64,000 bases of DNA from the human T2T-CHM13v2.0 reference genome, Homo sapiens. Below the pieces are notes generated by a model. The model had not been told where the DNA came from, made no database searches, and worked only from the letters and a program-made list of their open reading frames with translations. The position numbers and the translations under genes are program-made. Each line of letters opens with the position of its first letter. Within the stretch, counting starts at the first letter, position 1. The stretch lies in assembly GCF_009914755.1 (NCBI RefSeq), contig NC_060925.1. One strand, written 5' to 3'. Shown piece by piece: positions 42,131-56,074 of this stretch.

Positions 42131-43297
42131 TTTTGTGAGACTCGTGCTAATGAACATGGAGCTCTAGGCCAAATACTAGTCTGGAAGACAGTAGTCATCA
42201 TACTATGCAGAGAGCTTCCTAAGGACACACCAGTTCTGAGATGTTCAGGGCCATTGTCACTAGCAAACCCACTGTCTTCCCTGTGCCCTCACCCACCAGG
42301 TTATAAGTAACCTGGAGTTTATGGGTCATCCAGACAACTGTTGCTGACTTTAACAAAGAAAGATACTAGGACCCAAACCTTTCTGGGTCCATAATAAATA
42401 TATTAGTTATTGGTCAACCCGCTGCTATACCTTTAATCTGAAGTGAGGTGGTATCCAGGCAGAGTACGGAGAGAGAGGGAGGCGGGGGCAATGACCACAG
42501 CCAAGGATTCTGTAAGTCATAACTCGGTTTCTATGCAAGTTAACCTTAATATATCCAGCATGGAGAAGCCGACTGGTCACCACTTCTAGGCACAAAAGGA
42601 TCAATGAGAAGGTCGAGGCAGAGACAGATGTCTGCATTTACATGAATATAGACATGTGTGAGGTTGGGGGCTCATTCAGGGCTGGGGCAAGCCCTAGCCC
42701 TACACCTTCTTGAACCCCTCTTCAGGCTGGCATACAAACTGGGACTGAGAGCAGATGGAAGGTGAGGCTCTTCTTTGGGACCTACTTAGTCAAGAAGGGC
42801 TCACAATGGAGGAGATGACAGGAAGGTTTAGGGAAAGGAATAGGAGTACCTGCCTTGGCTTGGGGTGTGTTGAGGGGTTGGAGGGGTGATGGGCACTGGG
42901 AAGGAATAGAGAGAACAGATGGAAGATGGAGTCCCTGCTGCAAGCTGAGCCCTCAGTAGACTGGGCAAGGAACAAGGAGAGATCCCCTTTCCACCAGAGC
43001 ACCGTAGTGGCCTGCGGTGGACAGGAGCCTGAACAGCTTCCCTTTAGGGCTTTCTGGGGCAGTATGGCCAGGCCTCCTAGTTCCCTCCAGGTGCTCCAAC
43101 TGTGACAGAGCCTTCCATTTGGCCTGCCCGCACAAGGAGCACCACACAGCCACGCCAACTCCACCTTTACTGTGCACAGCACCCTTGTGGCTTTCAGGCA
43201 CACTTGTCAAGGGAGAAGCTTTTATCCAGGCAACTAATTGTCTGTTTCCCCACTAATTCAGCTATGAATTTCCTTTGAGGAAATGGTGCCTCAGATA

Positions 43298-43313
43298 CCA
43301 CCAGGGGGCACTA
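43298..43313 (+). promoter_or_regulatory. CTCF core motif
   Basis: CCACCAGGGGGCACTA, near-perfect match to the CTCF consensus CCACCAGGGGGCGC, in non-repeat DNA. Confidence 0.75.
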
Positions 43314-44678
43314 GGGCCTCTAGGCACCAGGGGCCAAGGAAAATGAAATCCCCTTTCATGAAGGCCCCAAGTCCAGGTTCTGAGCCTCCTGCAGCAGTTC
43401 TCTCCAGCAACACCTTGGCGCAGCAGACCAGGGAGGCCGCGTTGTTGGCTTATCTAATGAGAAATGAGAGGACTGGGCCAAAGAGCCCTATTTCTGTCCA
43501 GCCCTATACTACCTGCCATAAAATTAAATGATCACAATGAGTACATTAATTACCTGACACGAATGCTTTAACATAACAAAATTATTAGCCATTCTAGATT
43601 TAGTGTTTGTACAGCACTTTATATTTGCAAGGGCGTTGCAATAACTTACGCTGCTGAGGGTGCGTTTCAGGCCCCAAACGACATCCTAAAGGGTTTCTTC
43701 TGGCCAGCCAGCTGTCTGGCCTCTCCACAGCTGGTCCCCTGCCCTTCTTGTCTTCACTGACTGCTTTTCTTCTCCAGCTGCCACCTGGCGTCTCCTCCTT
43801 GCAGCTCCTTCATCTGTTCACTGAATCCCTTTTACCTCAGACAGCCATGAGACAGTGTCTTCACTTGTGCCCATGTTACCTACCTGATCCTGCATCAGAA
43901 TTAAAGGGCTTAAGGGCAGCAGCCATGGGTCGGGTGGGTCTTGGTGCCCAACAAGCCTCTCTCCTGTTCTGCTAGCTGTGGCTGCAAGTGTGGACACGTG
44001 ATGGACTCTGCAAACAGTAGGGGATCTACTATGTAGGGGCTCCGAGTTTTGGGCCTGATGTTGCTCGAACTCCACAGGAACTGACTGCACGTCCCGCCTC
44101 AGTTCATTTGTTGAGTGCTCACCTTACCCACATGAGAGCAAGCCCCGGGTCCTTGGGGAGCATGGCATTGAGGAGACTCACTACTGTGCAGATTCAATTC
44201 CAGACTAGATGGGATATCACAGGAGACCGCACTAGTAAAACTTGTTGCAGTTGGCTTGAGTGTGAAATCTGCTTCCCAGGCAGAGAGATCAAAGCCCAGT
44301 TGATGGATGTGTGTGTACCCAGCTCTCCTTGCTTGCTTTCATCTTCCTTCCAGAAAGAGGAGTAAACATTCAGCTAGTGAGCACTGCAGGTGTTCCCTTG
44401 AGTGGAAAGGAATATCACTGACAGCACATAAGACCACCAATGAAGGTATCCATGAGGATACCAAGGGCCTCAAGGAGGATCAAAACGAAGGGCATTTGCA
44501 GCAGCAGTTCTAGAATTTTAAGGTAGGAGCATCTTTGGGGCAGCAGCCATTTGGCTGGAAGGCAGCTGGGGAGATGTACCTTGAAGCTACATTTGTATAG
44601 CTCATATGATACAGATCAAATGTTTCCTAACGTGTTTTTAGTCATACTTTATGGAAGCTGAGAAAACATCCATTTTTA

Positions 44679-44855
44679 TTTTTATTTTTATTTTTTTATT
44701 ATACTTTAAGTTTTAGGGTACATGTGCACATTGTGCAGGTTAGTTACATATGTATACATGTGCCATGCTGGTGCGCTGCACCCACTAACGCGTCATCTAG
44801 CATTAGGTATATCTCCCAATGCTATCCCGCCCCCCTCCCCCCACCCCCATGTCCA
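44679..44855 (-). mobile_element. Very short young L1 3' end (L1PA2/L1HS-like)
   Basis: L1 3'UTR with GATGACGCGTTAGTGGG and CTGCACAATGTGCAC; TSD AAAACATCCATTTTTA at 44663-78 and 44856-71. Confidence 0.92.
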
Positions 44856-46407
44856 AAAACATCCATTTTTAACATAAAGTATATCATAGTGCATAGTATA
44901 GTGGTTAAGAGCAGAATCAAGAGGTGGACTGCTTGGCTACAAATGCCACCTTCATCATTAACCAGCTAGGTGACTTCAGGCAAGGGCTTTAGCTTCTTTG
45001 TGCCTCAATCTCCTCATCTATAAAATGTGGATAACTGTAGTGTCTGCATCAGACTTGCCGTTAGGATTAAGTGAATTAATCCACATAAGCCATTTAGCAT
45101 GTGCTCATTAAGAGTTAGCTGTTATTATTTATTGAGACAGACTTGGAAGGGCCTGGTATTTGGGAGTAAATTTCCAAGTCATTCAAAGTGAGGGAGATAG
45201 GGAGAGGGATTCAAGATTTAGGCTAACAGGGGTGTGTGCTGTGGGGTATTGAGGAGCCTCCTAGTAAAGTCCAGAGAATTCCACCTCTAAAGGGGTCTTT
45301 GAGGGGAAAGGGCTGTGCTCCAGGTGATCAAAGACCCTCAGCCTTTCTGTGTGCATCAAGTTTGGAGGTTGGGAGCTCCCCAACAACTCCTTTGACTGGA
45401 CTAGATGTTGCACCAAATGGTAGTAAGGAAAATGAAGCATTCTCTTGCTTTTCCAAGCATAGTCTGGGGGACTCTCCCTAGTCCAAGACACAGCCCCCAT
45501 CAGACCAGCTGGACTGGAGGACCCTACTCCTCCTGCCCGCCCCCACTGCCCTCCAGGCTCTCTGCCTCCTAGAGACTCTGAAACAGTGGCTGCACCAAGG
45601 GAGGGGACATCTGGGTTCCTGGCCCTGACCCAATGGGGAAATGGAGTAGAAATGAGCCAGGCATGCAACGAAACTTCGTCCCTGGTGAGGTCCTGGTAAG
45701 TCCCAGGCCCACAGGCTGAGGGTCCTGGGGCATGTAGTGCCACATCTCCCTCTTCAGTGAAACAAGAGGCTCTCACAGAGTTCCTCTGAAAGCCTCTTTC
45801 ATCAACAAGTCCATTTGTGATTCTGTCTCTTCTTGTGGTGACCACCAGGAAAACGAGAGAGCAGAGCTGCATTCTAGGGTTTTGCTATGACTCTTCTAGG
45901 CCCAATCTTAAAACTGAGATGATCATGCCAAACCCCCAGCTCCTCCCCTACACTCCAGACTCAGAGTAAGCTCATTCACCAGGCAAGTGCAAAAAGACCT
46001 AGAAGATCTGCCCAGCCAAGAAGGTATGTATTTCCTCCTTGAAACAGCATTTTCAGGAAGACTCTAGATTAAGAATTAGAAAGCCAATGGGAAAACTTCT
46101 GACCTTATTGCTTGAGGCGATCCTCTTGCCTAGAGGTCTTCAAAGGTGATTCCTTAGGTCAGGAAGAAAATAGTAGAACTACAATTTATATGTAGTTTTA
46201 CTGTTAAAATAATGAGCTTTACTGATATTTTACATGAGCATTGAGATGGACATCTTCACTTTTTAAGTCATTTGGTCACCTGTCATGTGAGGGACACGAT
46301 GCACGCTGAAGGCAGATGGAGATCTCAACAATGTAAGAGTTGACAGTGGTGCCTATGATATGTTGCAGTTAGCATGTGCCTAGTTAAGCGATTTGCTGAT
46401 TATGTTA

Positions 46408-46805
<398 letters not shown>

Positions 46806-48950
46806 TCAAACACAAGCCATCACGTCTACTCCTAGTAGGAGCTGTTAGCCAGATGATCAGATATAAGCAATTACAAGCTAATCAGATCTGACAAGAAGTC
46901 AGCAAAAACTTTTTGAAATTATTAAGAAGAGTATTTGAAACATAGATATACATACATTCTAATGAATTCTGCCCTAAGCATATATTGTACCATAAGACAT
47001 TAGCTGATAGTGATAATTTATAAATAAACATATGTATATTAGGGGAATGTATACTTTTTTTACAGATAGGTAGACATGATCAAGAAATTGGGGACCACTA
47101 TTTTAGCTTATCTGTGGGTCAGGTTTTTTCATCATAAAATGAAAAGGATTATTGTTTTTCGGAAAAGTGATAAGATGAAACTTTATTTCTCTTAATTTGT
47201 GATATGTTATTTAGTGTCTGCACTGTCATTTTCTAACTATGAAAACTTGTATGTTTCTTAAAATTATCTGAACTGTGCTTTGCTATATCTATAGATCATT
47301 ATAGGGTTGTTATGAGAATTATATTAAAAATTTTAAATGTCTGCCATACTGTGGGCCCTTAATAAGTGGCTATATTACTACACATAAAGATATTGCTGAG
47401 CAGAAATAATAGGATTAATAAATTAATAAGATAATATTTTGGCACAAAAATTTTTTAAGTGCCTTGAAAGTACCAACTCACTTGAAAATTGCTATGCTGA
47501 TTAAAATTGACCACTTACCACTCATCGAAAACCACCATGCCAGGCTTTAGGCTAAGTGCTGAGGATAGAGAGATGAGTTTGTCATAGACTCTGGAGACTA
47601 GAATTTGGAGCTGGCTTAGTTTAGATGACTATAACAGCCTCCTGCCTAGTCTCCCTGCCTGCATTGTCCCTCACTATTCCCTGGCTCCAGCTTCCACCAT
47701 CATGTGACTGACAAACCAGTCTTCCTCATCATTTTCATCATTCATTCCCATGCCTGAAAACCTTGTGCTATTACCTCTTCATTTGCTATATACTATCTTA
47801 TATTATTCAGTAATTTTTATTCCAGTTACTCTTCTCATCTCAGCTGAAACTGTTATAGTTAGTACTTAGAACTTATAGATAAGGTTGCCTTTGAGAGAAT
47901 TTAACTTAATCAACAGGTGACGAAAGGAGCCCAACCTCTCTGAGGCTCTTGGGAACAGCTACTTGACCACTAATCAGTGGTATTAACACATCTGAGGAAA
48001 GAAAGATGTGGTCTGCAATGCGACTTGGAATAGAGGAAAGCCAGAGAGATAAACTTTAGCTGGATGCACCCAACATTATCTGTGGGACAAAGATATTGGA
48101 AATAGGGGAGCCTGGGAATTTCAATCATTCCTTCAGGCCTATTTGTTTCTTCTGGCTGGTAAGAGGTCCTGCTTTATGTCTGTTATATTTCTCTGGTTAA
48201 GGTACTTAGCATTCTTCTCATCTTTGATCCCCTGGATGAAATATTCTCTTTTTTATTGTGAGTTGTGAGAATACCATCAGGGTACTAGTTTACTAATTCT
48301 ACCTTCCAGGTACCCACAGACTGAGGTGAGGTGTCTCTGCTAAGATGTAATACATTCTGGTCAATGGAAAATTATATCTTCATTGTGACTTAATTAGCTG
48401 GTATTCTGGTTTACACTTCTGAATTTATTCTTTGTGAGTCTGATTATCTAAGTCTCATAATCTCAGTTTATGTGAATCTGATAGTTAGGTAAAGGTCTTA
48501 GTGAAAAAGATGTAATTATGGACCAAGAGAAAATATAGAACATTTTTTAAAACTTGTGGTTGAAATGCTTCTTTTAAGTAGGACATAAAATCTCGAAGCT
48601 GTAGAGGAAAAAAATTAAAATTTAAAACTGTATAATAAAAAACTATAAACAAATTTGAAAGACATGATAGGCTGGGATCACATATTTGCAACATACATAA
48701 TAAATAAAGGATTAATAGCTATAATATATGAAAAGAACCTAATAATGAATAAGGAAAAGCCAACCCAAAAGAAAAACAGGTGAAGGATATGAATTAGAAA
48801 AGTCACAGAAAATATGTTCGATATTAATATGTCTAATAAACATTTGAAAAATAGTTCAAGTTCACTTTTAACTAAAGAAATGAAATTAAATTAGCAGTGA
48901 TATGCCCCTTCCATAAGATTGATGTAATTTTAAAAAGATACATGAGAGGG

Positions 48951-49290
48951 TGTCTTAGTTTGGGCTGCTGTAACAAAGTATCATAGACTGGGTGGCTTAT
49001 AAACAACAGGAATTTATTTCTCAAAGATCTGGGGGCTGGAAGCCTGAGATCAGGGTTCTGGTGAGGGCTTGCAGACAACACAGTTGCACACAGCCAACTC
49101 TTCTGGGTTGCAGACAGCAGACTTCTTGTATCCTCACTTGGTTGAAAGAGGACAAGAGAGCTCTCTAGGGTCTTTTTTGCAAATGACCTAATTAACTCCT
49201 GAAGGCCCTACCTCCTAATACCCTCACATTGGCGGTTTGAATTTCAACATATGAATTTGGAGGGGACATAAACATTCACTCCATAGCAGA
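48951..49290 (-). mobile_element. MLT1A-like MaLR LTR inside old L1ME sequence
   Basis: TGTCTTAGTTTGGGCTGCTGTAACAAA..AAACATTCACTCCATAGCA. Confidence 0.8.
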
Positions 49291-49826
49291 GAGATGTGTC
49301 ACTGCTATTCAACTGAAAAATTGATATACAGTTGATGAGGGTGTGGGGAAACCGATATTTTCAAATACTGCTAATAGGATATAAGTTGGTACAGCTTCTT
49401 TTAAAGCATTTATCAAACTGCCTCTTGCTATTATACTTGAAGGACAATCTGGCTAACAAAATTCATAGACTTTATTTTCTTCCCCTCAGAACTCGAAGTC
49501 ATTGTCCTGTTGTTTCTCTGACGTTGCTTTAGTTCTTTTACCCCAGTAGCTTCATTCATCTCGGTTGGTTCAACTTAAGTATTTTTTTTCCCCAGAAAAG
49601 CATCTTATGCCCTTTATTCCCTACATTCTCACTTGTTTGAGAATGTCTGTCTTTGGCTTGTATAAATAAATGACAACTTGACCAGATATAGTATTCTCAG
49701 GCTCACTCTATGTCTCCTGAAACTGCAACCATTGAATGTTTCTGTGAGGTCTGAGGGCCAGCCTGATTCTTCCTTCTTTTAGGTGACCTGCTTTTTCTGC
49801 TTGGATGACTGAGGAGTTCCTTTTTC

Positions 49827-50126
49827 TTTTTTATTATTATTATTATTATTATACTTTAAGTTTTAGGGTACATATGCACAATGTGCAGGTTAGTTACATA
49901 TGTATACATGTGCCATGCTGGTGTGCTGCACCCATTAACTCGTCATTTAGCATTAGGTATATCTCCTAATGCTATCCCTCCCCGCTCCCCCCACTCCACA
50001 ACAGTCCCCAGAGTGTGATGTTCCCCTTCCTGTGTCCATGTGTTCTCATTGTTCAATTCCCATCTATGAGTGAGAACATGCGGTGTTTGTTTTTTGTCCT
50101 TGCGATAGTTTACTGAGAATGATGAT
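49827..50126 (-). mobile_element. L1PA3-like 3' end
   Basis: L1 3'UTR with (TTA)n tail; TSD TTCCTTTTTC. Confidence 0.9.
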
Positions 50127-50298
50127 TTCCTTTTTCATTCTTAAAGTTGAATAATTTAATCAGGATAGATCTTGGTTTCAATTATGCATTATCAGTTTTT
50201 CTTGGAGCACAGTATATCCTTTTAATGTAGAGATTCAGTTCTCCATAGTTCTTCATATCAGAAAAGTTTCTTCTGTTATATATTAAAACACCTCTTCT

Positions 50299-51002
<704 letters not shown>

Positions 51003-51224
51003 TAAATCTTCTTTCAAATTTTTTAGAAAATTGACCATTTTCTCTTATTCACTATTATTAGATCATGAATTTCTTTATTTATAAGTTATGCATAGTGTTA
51101 ACTGGGTCCCTAATTTGTCTCCTCTGCTCTACAGTGTCTCTTTTCATCTCATTCTGTTGTTTTATCATGTTGTCTTTGCATTCTTTTATTTAATTATTTA
51201 ATTTATGGTTTTTTATTCCTTTCT

Positions 51225-51468
51225 TTTTTTTCTTTTTTTGGCTCACTGCAACCTCCGCCTCCCAGGTTCAAGTGATTCTCCTGCCTCAGCCTCCTGAGTA
51301 CCTGGGATTACAGGTGTGTACCACCATGCCCGGCTAATCTTTGTATTTTTAGTAGAGACAGGGTTTCACCAGGTTGGCCAGGCTGATCTTGAACTCCTGA
51401 CCTCACGTGATCCACCTGCCTCGGCCTCCCAAAGTGTAGGGATTACAGGCGTGAGCCACCGTGCCCAG
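51225..51468 (-). mobile_element. AluS with a 3' internal deletion
   Basis: Alu consensus match; the poly-T joins directly to GGCTCACTGC. Confidence 0.85.
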
Positions 51469-52320
51469 TCATTTAATTCATGTTTTTTTAAATTTCTTCT
51501 ATGGCATGAAGCACTCATGGACAATTTTCTCTTCCTCTGGTATTACTTTCAACACTCCACTCCTTATCTTTTTTTTTTTTTTTTTCACTCCATGGTTCCT
51601 TTCCTTCTTTGTTTCTTTTTCCTTTTCATTATGCTATGTTATATTTTCACATTTATTATACTGATGTTTTGGAGGAATTCTTCCATGATATCCATCCAAT
51701 CTTATCTAGTCTCAGGAGTGGGCACATACGCAGGCAAGACCAATCAGTGTTCCAAGACAATTGATAAATATATGTCTTGTTTCTTTTCTACATTATATTG
51801 CCTTGGTTTTGAATCCTCAGAAAAGTGCTTTATAAAATACTTCGGATAGCAGTCATAGCAGCTAAGCACTCCCTTACCCTCACCATATATTGTCAGGCTA
51901 CAGATATGTAGACTAGCCTAGTCCACCCTCAAACTCTAGCTCTTAGGTAAAAAACAAACTCTAATTCACAGGTCATCTCCTTGAGGGGCTTTCTCTTACT
52001 ATCTTTCCTAAGGATACCCAAACTCTAGTTACTCTATTACAGCACTTCTGAGGAGGTCTTTGTGTGTCTTCAAAACGTTTGTCACTATTTCAGAGTATCT
52101 TATTTATTTGCTTATTATTTAATGTTTCTCTGACTCTTGGAATGTAAGTTTCATGACAGAAGGGACCTTGTCTCTCTTGTTAAGTTTCTGTATCCCCAGC
52201 ATCAAGAACAGAGCCAAAGAAGATAATTGTTTCAAAAAATATTTATTTTCAATTTTATTATAAATTATGAAGTGAACATTCTTAGCATACATCTTTTTGA
52301 GTCATTTAAATGATCTCTTT

Positions 52321-52478
52321 TTTACTTTAAGTTCTGGGATACATGTGCTGAATGTGCAGGTTTGTTACCTAGGTATACATGTGCCACTGTGGTTTGCTGC
52401 ACCTATCAACCTGTGATCTAGGTTTTAAGCCCCGCATGCATTAGGTATTTGTCCTAATGCTCTCCCTCTCCTTGCCCT
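52321..52478 (-). mobile_element. Short older L1PA (PA7-PA10-like) 3' end
   Basis: TACTTTAAGTTCTGGGATACATGTGC..CCGCATGCATTAGGTATTTGTCC; TSD TAAATGATCTCTTT (52307-20, 52479-92). Confidence 0.85.
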
Positions 52479-53339
52479 TAAATGATCTCTTTAGAGTACA
52501 TTGCTGGAAGTAGGATTACTATGTCAAGAGGTACATACATTTTATATTATGTTACCCATAGCCAAACTATTTCTAGAAACGTGGTTCACACTTATACCCT
52601 CAAGAAAAGTGCAGGTGAGTGCTCATTCTCCTCACCTACAGTGGATTCGGTCAATCTTCCTAGTCTTCACCAACCTATAAGTAAAATATAATAGTTCATT
52701 GTTTTATTTATTTTTTTTATTTAGGCTATTAGCCATTTGTAGTTCTTAATTTGGGAATTGTCCATCATGCAATTTCACCATTTTCTATTGGGTTGTTAGT
52801 TTTTTTTGTTCATTTATGATCTAATTGGATATATGTTATTAGCTCTTTTAAATTGAATATTATAAACATTTTCTCTATTTGTTATTTGTCTTTCAGTCTT
52901 ATTTATGGCCTTTCTTGATAGGCAGAATGTGCACATTTGTATGTAGTTAATATTTTCCCTTTATGGCTTCTGGGTTTTGGGATATGTTCTGAAAGACCTT
53001 CTTCACCTCCAAGATTATACAAATATTTACCCATGTTTTCTTCAAGTATTTTTATGGTTTTATGTTTTTCTCTAGGTCTAAGGAGTGAGGTAAGGATACA
53101 GCTTTATTTTTTTCCAAATGACTGGACAGTTATTCCAAAATCTTTTGCTGAATTATTCAGTGTATCTCCACTGATAACATTTAGTGATTATTTATCATGT
53201 GGCAGACACTAAATCCTCTACATACCTAATCTAGTTTAATCCTTACATCAAGTGGTGACAAAACGAGATTTGCATTTATAGCACACACTCGCACAGTTTG
53301 TCTTTAATGTAGAAAATAGATTGGCGGGGCATAGATAGA

Positions 53340-53795
53340 TAGATAACGGGATTATGGGAATCAGCTGATGCAATTATGGAAGCCAAGAAGTCCCACAATA
53401 TGCCTTCCACAAGCTGTAGATCCTAGGAAGCTGGTGGTGTAATATATCTGAGTCCAAGGTCTGAGAACTGAGGAGCCAATGATGTAAGTCCCAGAGTCAG
53501 AAGGCCCAAGAACCTAGAACTCTGATGTCTGAGAGCAGGAGAAGATAAGTGTTCCAGTTAAGAAGAGAGAAAGTGAATCCACCCTTCCTCCATCTTTTTG
53601 TTCCATCTGAGCCTTCAATGATTGGATGATGTCAGCCCACATTGGTGAGGGTGGATGTTCTTTACTCAATCTACTGATTCAAATGCTAATCTCTTCCAGA
53701 AACAGTCTCACAGACACACCCAGAAACAACGTTTTACCAGCCATCTGAGCATCCCTTAGCCCAGTCAAGTTGACATATAAAATTAACCGTTGCAG
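53340..53795 (-). mobile_element. MLT2B-like ERVL LTR
   Basis: ATTATGGAAGCCAAGAAGTCCCACAAT..CAAGTTGACATATAAAATTAACC. Confidence 0.8.
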
Positions 53796-53799
53796 TGGG

Positions 53800-55300
53800 G
53801 GAAAGAATGATTGCAGGAAGACCCATTATTTATGTCATCCAGGCAAGAGGCTCCTTTGAAGCTCTGTATTCTAGCACCTTACTGTGCATGGCACATGGTA
53901 GGTAACAAGTGGAATGAAACTTTTCCATGAAAAATGATAGTGACTTGAACGGAGGTTGGGAGGGATGGCAGTAGAGATGGAAAAAAAAGTGAAAAAAATT
54001 GAGAAATAATTTGAAGACAGAATTAACAGGCCTTCATGATTATTTAAATATGGAGAGATGAGAGCAGGAAATGTCAAAGATGGCTCAGCTTTCTGGCAGA
54101 GATAGATTTAATGGAATATTGATGAGTTTACTTTTGAACAGGCTGAGTTGAAGGTACCTTGGAGATATCCATTTGAAGAAGTCAGGTAAGCAGTTAGATA
54201 TATCAGTCCAGAACTCCAACAGCAAGGTATATTTGAGGAGCATATGCATGTTGTTAGTAACTGAAGCCATAGGAAAAGTTAAAATTACTTCAGGAAGGGA
54301 TATTGAATGAAAAGGGAAGCACTCCTAGGACAGATCCCTGAAAAACTCTCCTACTTAAAGGTTTAATAGAACACAAAGGAGGAGTCAGCAAAAATGTTTG
54401 CAAAAGGGCAGCTGGAGAGATAAGAGGAATTGGGAGAGTGTGGTGTTTCAGAAGACAGGAAAGAGAATAATTAAGGAGAGAGTTCAGGGTAATTCTAAGA
54501 GAGCAAATGAAATGATGGGCCATGAACTGTAAGCTCGACAAATGGGGAAGTGAAGACAAGAAGGGAGTAATAGAAAGAAAGGGGTCAATAAACTGATATT
54601 CAAATGAAAGGGAAGAATAGTTGCAGTTGGACTAGCTTAATAATGAGCTGGAAGCATAGGTGCTTGTGGTCAGAAAGTAGACTATCTGAATTAGTGATTT
54701 TAGAAGTAGAGAGAATTTTAGGTCATGATGACAAGATCCAGGGGGTGACTGTGAAGGCGGGTGGTTGAATAGCAATGTAGGAGGACATGGGAGATACTCT
54801 GGGTCTCTCTTGAGGATTCTGAAGTCACTTAGGATGATGGCAGTACTCATGGCACAAGAGAAGACAGTAAGCCAAGTGCCACTGTCTTCTGTGAGGTGGG
54901 GAGATTACAGTTACCAATCACGGAGAGAGTAGTAGGGGTTTTCACAAAAGGGTGGAAAAGCAGTGGACTCTGAGTAGCACTGGGAAGCATCCTCATCTCC
55001 TGACAGTACATAGGTGTAAGAATATGAGCGGATCTCTCTTGAGGGAGCTGCAGGGTAAGTGGTGTAGAGAGAGCCAGGTTTAGATAAGGCATGAGGTGGC
55101 AGGAACATTCAGAGAAAAGTGTTTGAGGGCACAGGAGAGCTGAAATTCCAAAGGGCAAATGGAAGGTTTTGGCAGGGAGAGAAGAGAGGGATTGGATACT
55201 TCCACACTTAAGGAAGTATGTAGCATTTTAGGAATGATAGCTCATATAGGACAAATATGGGAAGAGACAAAGTATCTATATTTGGAGCTTTGACCTATGA
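53800..55300 (-). mobile_element. L2 fragments
   Basis: Purine-rich L2 antisense motifs such as GAATTAACAGG..GTCAAAGATGGCTC..GAGTTGAAGGTACC. Confidence 0.6.
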
Positions 55301-55642
55301 CAATAGGAATGAAACTTGATAGGTTTAGTCTCACTTAGCCCTCAGAGAAGAGTGGACACAAGGGCTTAAAAAAAAGTCAGCTGTGGTCTGGAAAGTCCTG
55401 CAAACATTTCTTCTCACGCAGAGATGTGATTAGTCATAGGAGATGCAGCAGAGGATAATAGTAGGGAACAAAAAAGCTTGAAGTTCAAGGCTCTTTGAGG
55501 AGAGGGATGAACAGTGGCTCTAACAAGATTGGATTAGACCCAGGATCCACTGGTACCCTGTTTAATCAAGGCTTGGAGGTCTGGATGTTTGTAGCTTGGG
55601 ATAGGGTGGATGTGAAAGGAGGAAGTGAAGGGTGGCCCAGGA

Positions 55643-55755
55643 GTGCTTCGGCAGCACATACGCTAAAATTGGAATGATACAGAGATTAGCATGGCCCCCT
55701 GCACAAAGGATGACACAAACATTTGTGAAGCCTTTCATATTTAAAAAAAAAAAAA
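55643..55755 (+). pseudogene. U6 snRNA processed pseudogene with poly(A) tail
   Basis: GCTTCGGCAGCACATA..CTAAAATTGGAA.GATACAGAGATTAGCATGGCCCC..GGATGACAC..GTGAAGC..CATATTT then A13; several substitutions and indels versus U6; no evident PSE/TATA upstream. Confidence 0.93.
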
Positions 55756-55769
55756 GAATGGCCTTTTCT

Positions 55770-56074
55770 TTTTTCTTTTTTTTTTTTTTTTAGGCAGAGT
55801 CTTGCTCTGTAGCCCAGGCTGGAGTGCAGTGGCACAATCTCGACTCACTGCAACCTCCACCTCCCAGGTCAAGAAATTCTCCTGCCTCAGCCTCACGAGT
55901 AGCTGGGATTACAGGCATGCTCCACGATGCCCAGCTAATTTTTTTTGGCATTTTTTAGTAGAGATGGAGTTTCACCATGTTGGCCAGGCTGGTCTTGAAC
56001 TCCTGACCTCGTGATCCTCCTGCCTCAGCCTCCCAAAGTGCTGGGATTACAGGCGTGAGCCATCGCGCCTGGCC
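55770..56074 (-). mobile_element. AluS inserted at the U6 pseudogene tail
   Basis: TSD AAAGAATGG(C/T)CTTTTCTT at 55753-70 and 56075-92. Confidence 0.92.

Noticed and set aside
45261-45872. 203-aa minus-strand ORF
   Set aside because: No recognisable homology, motif or splice context; this length can occur by chance in 64 kb
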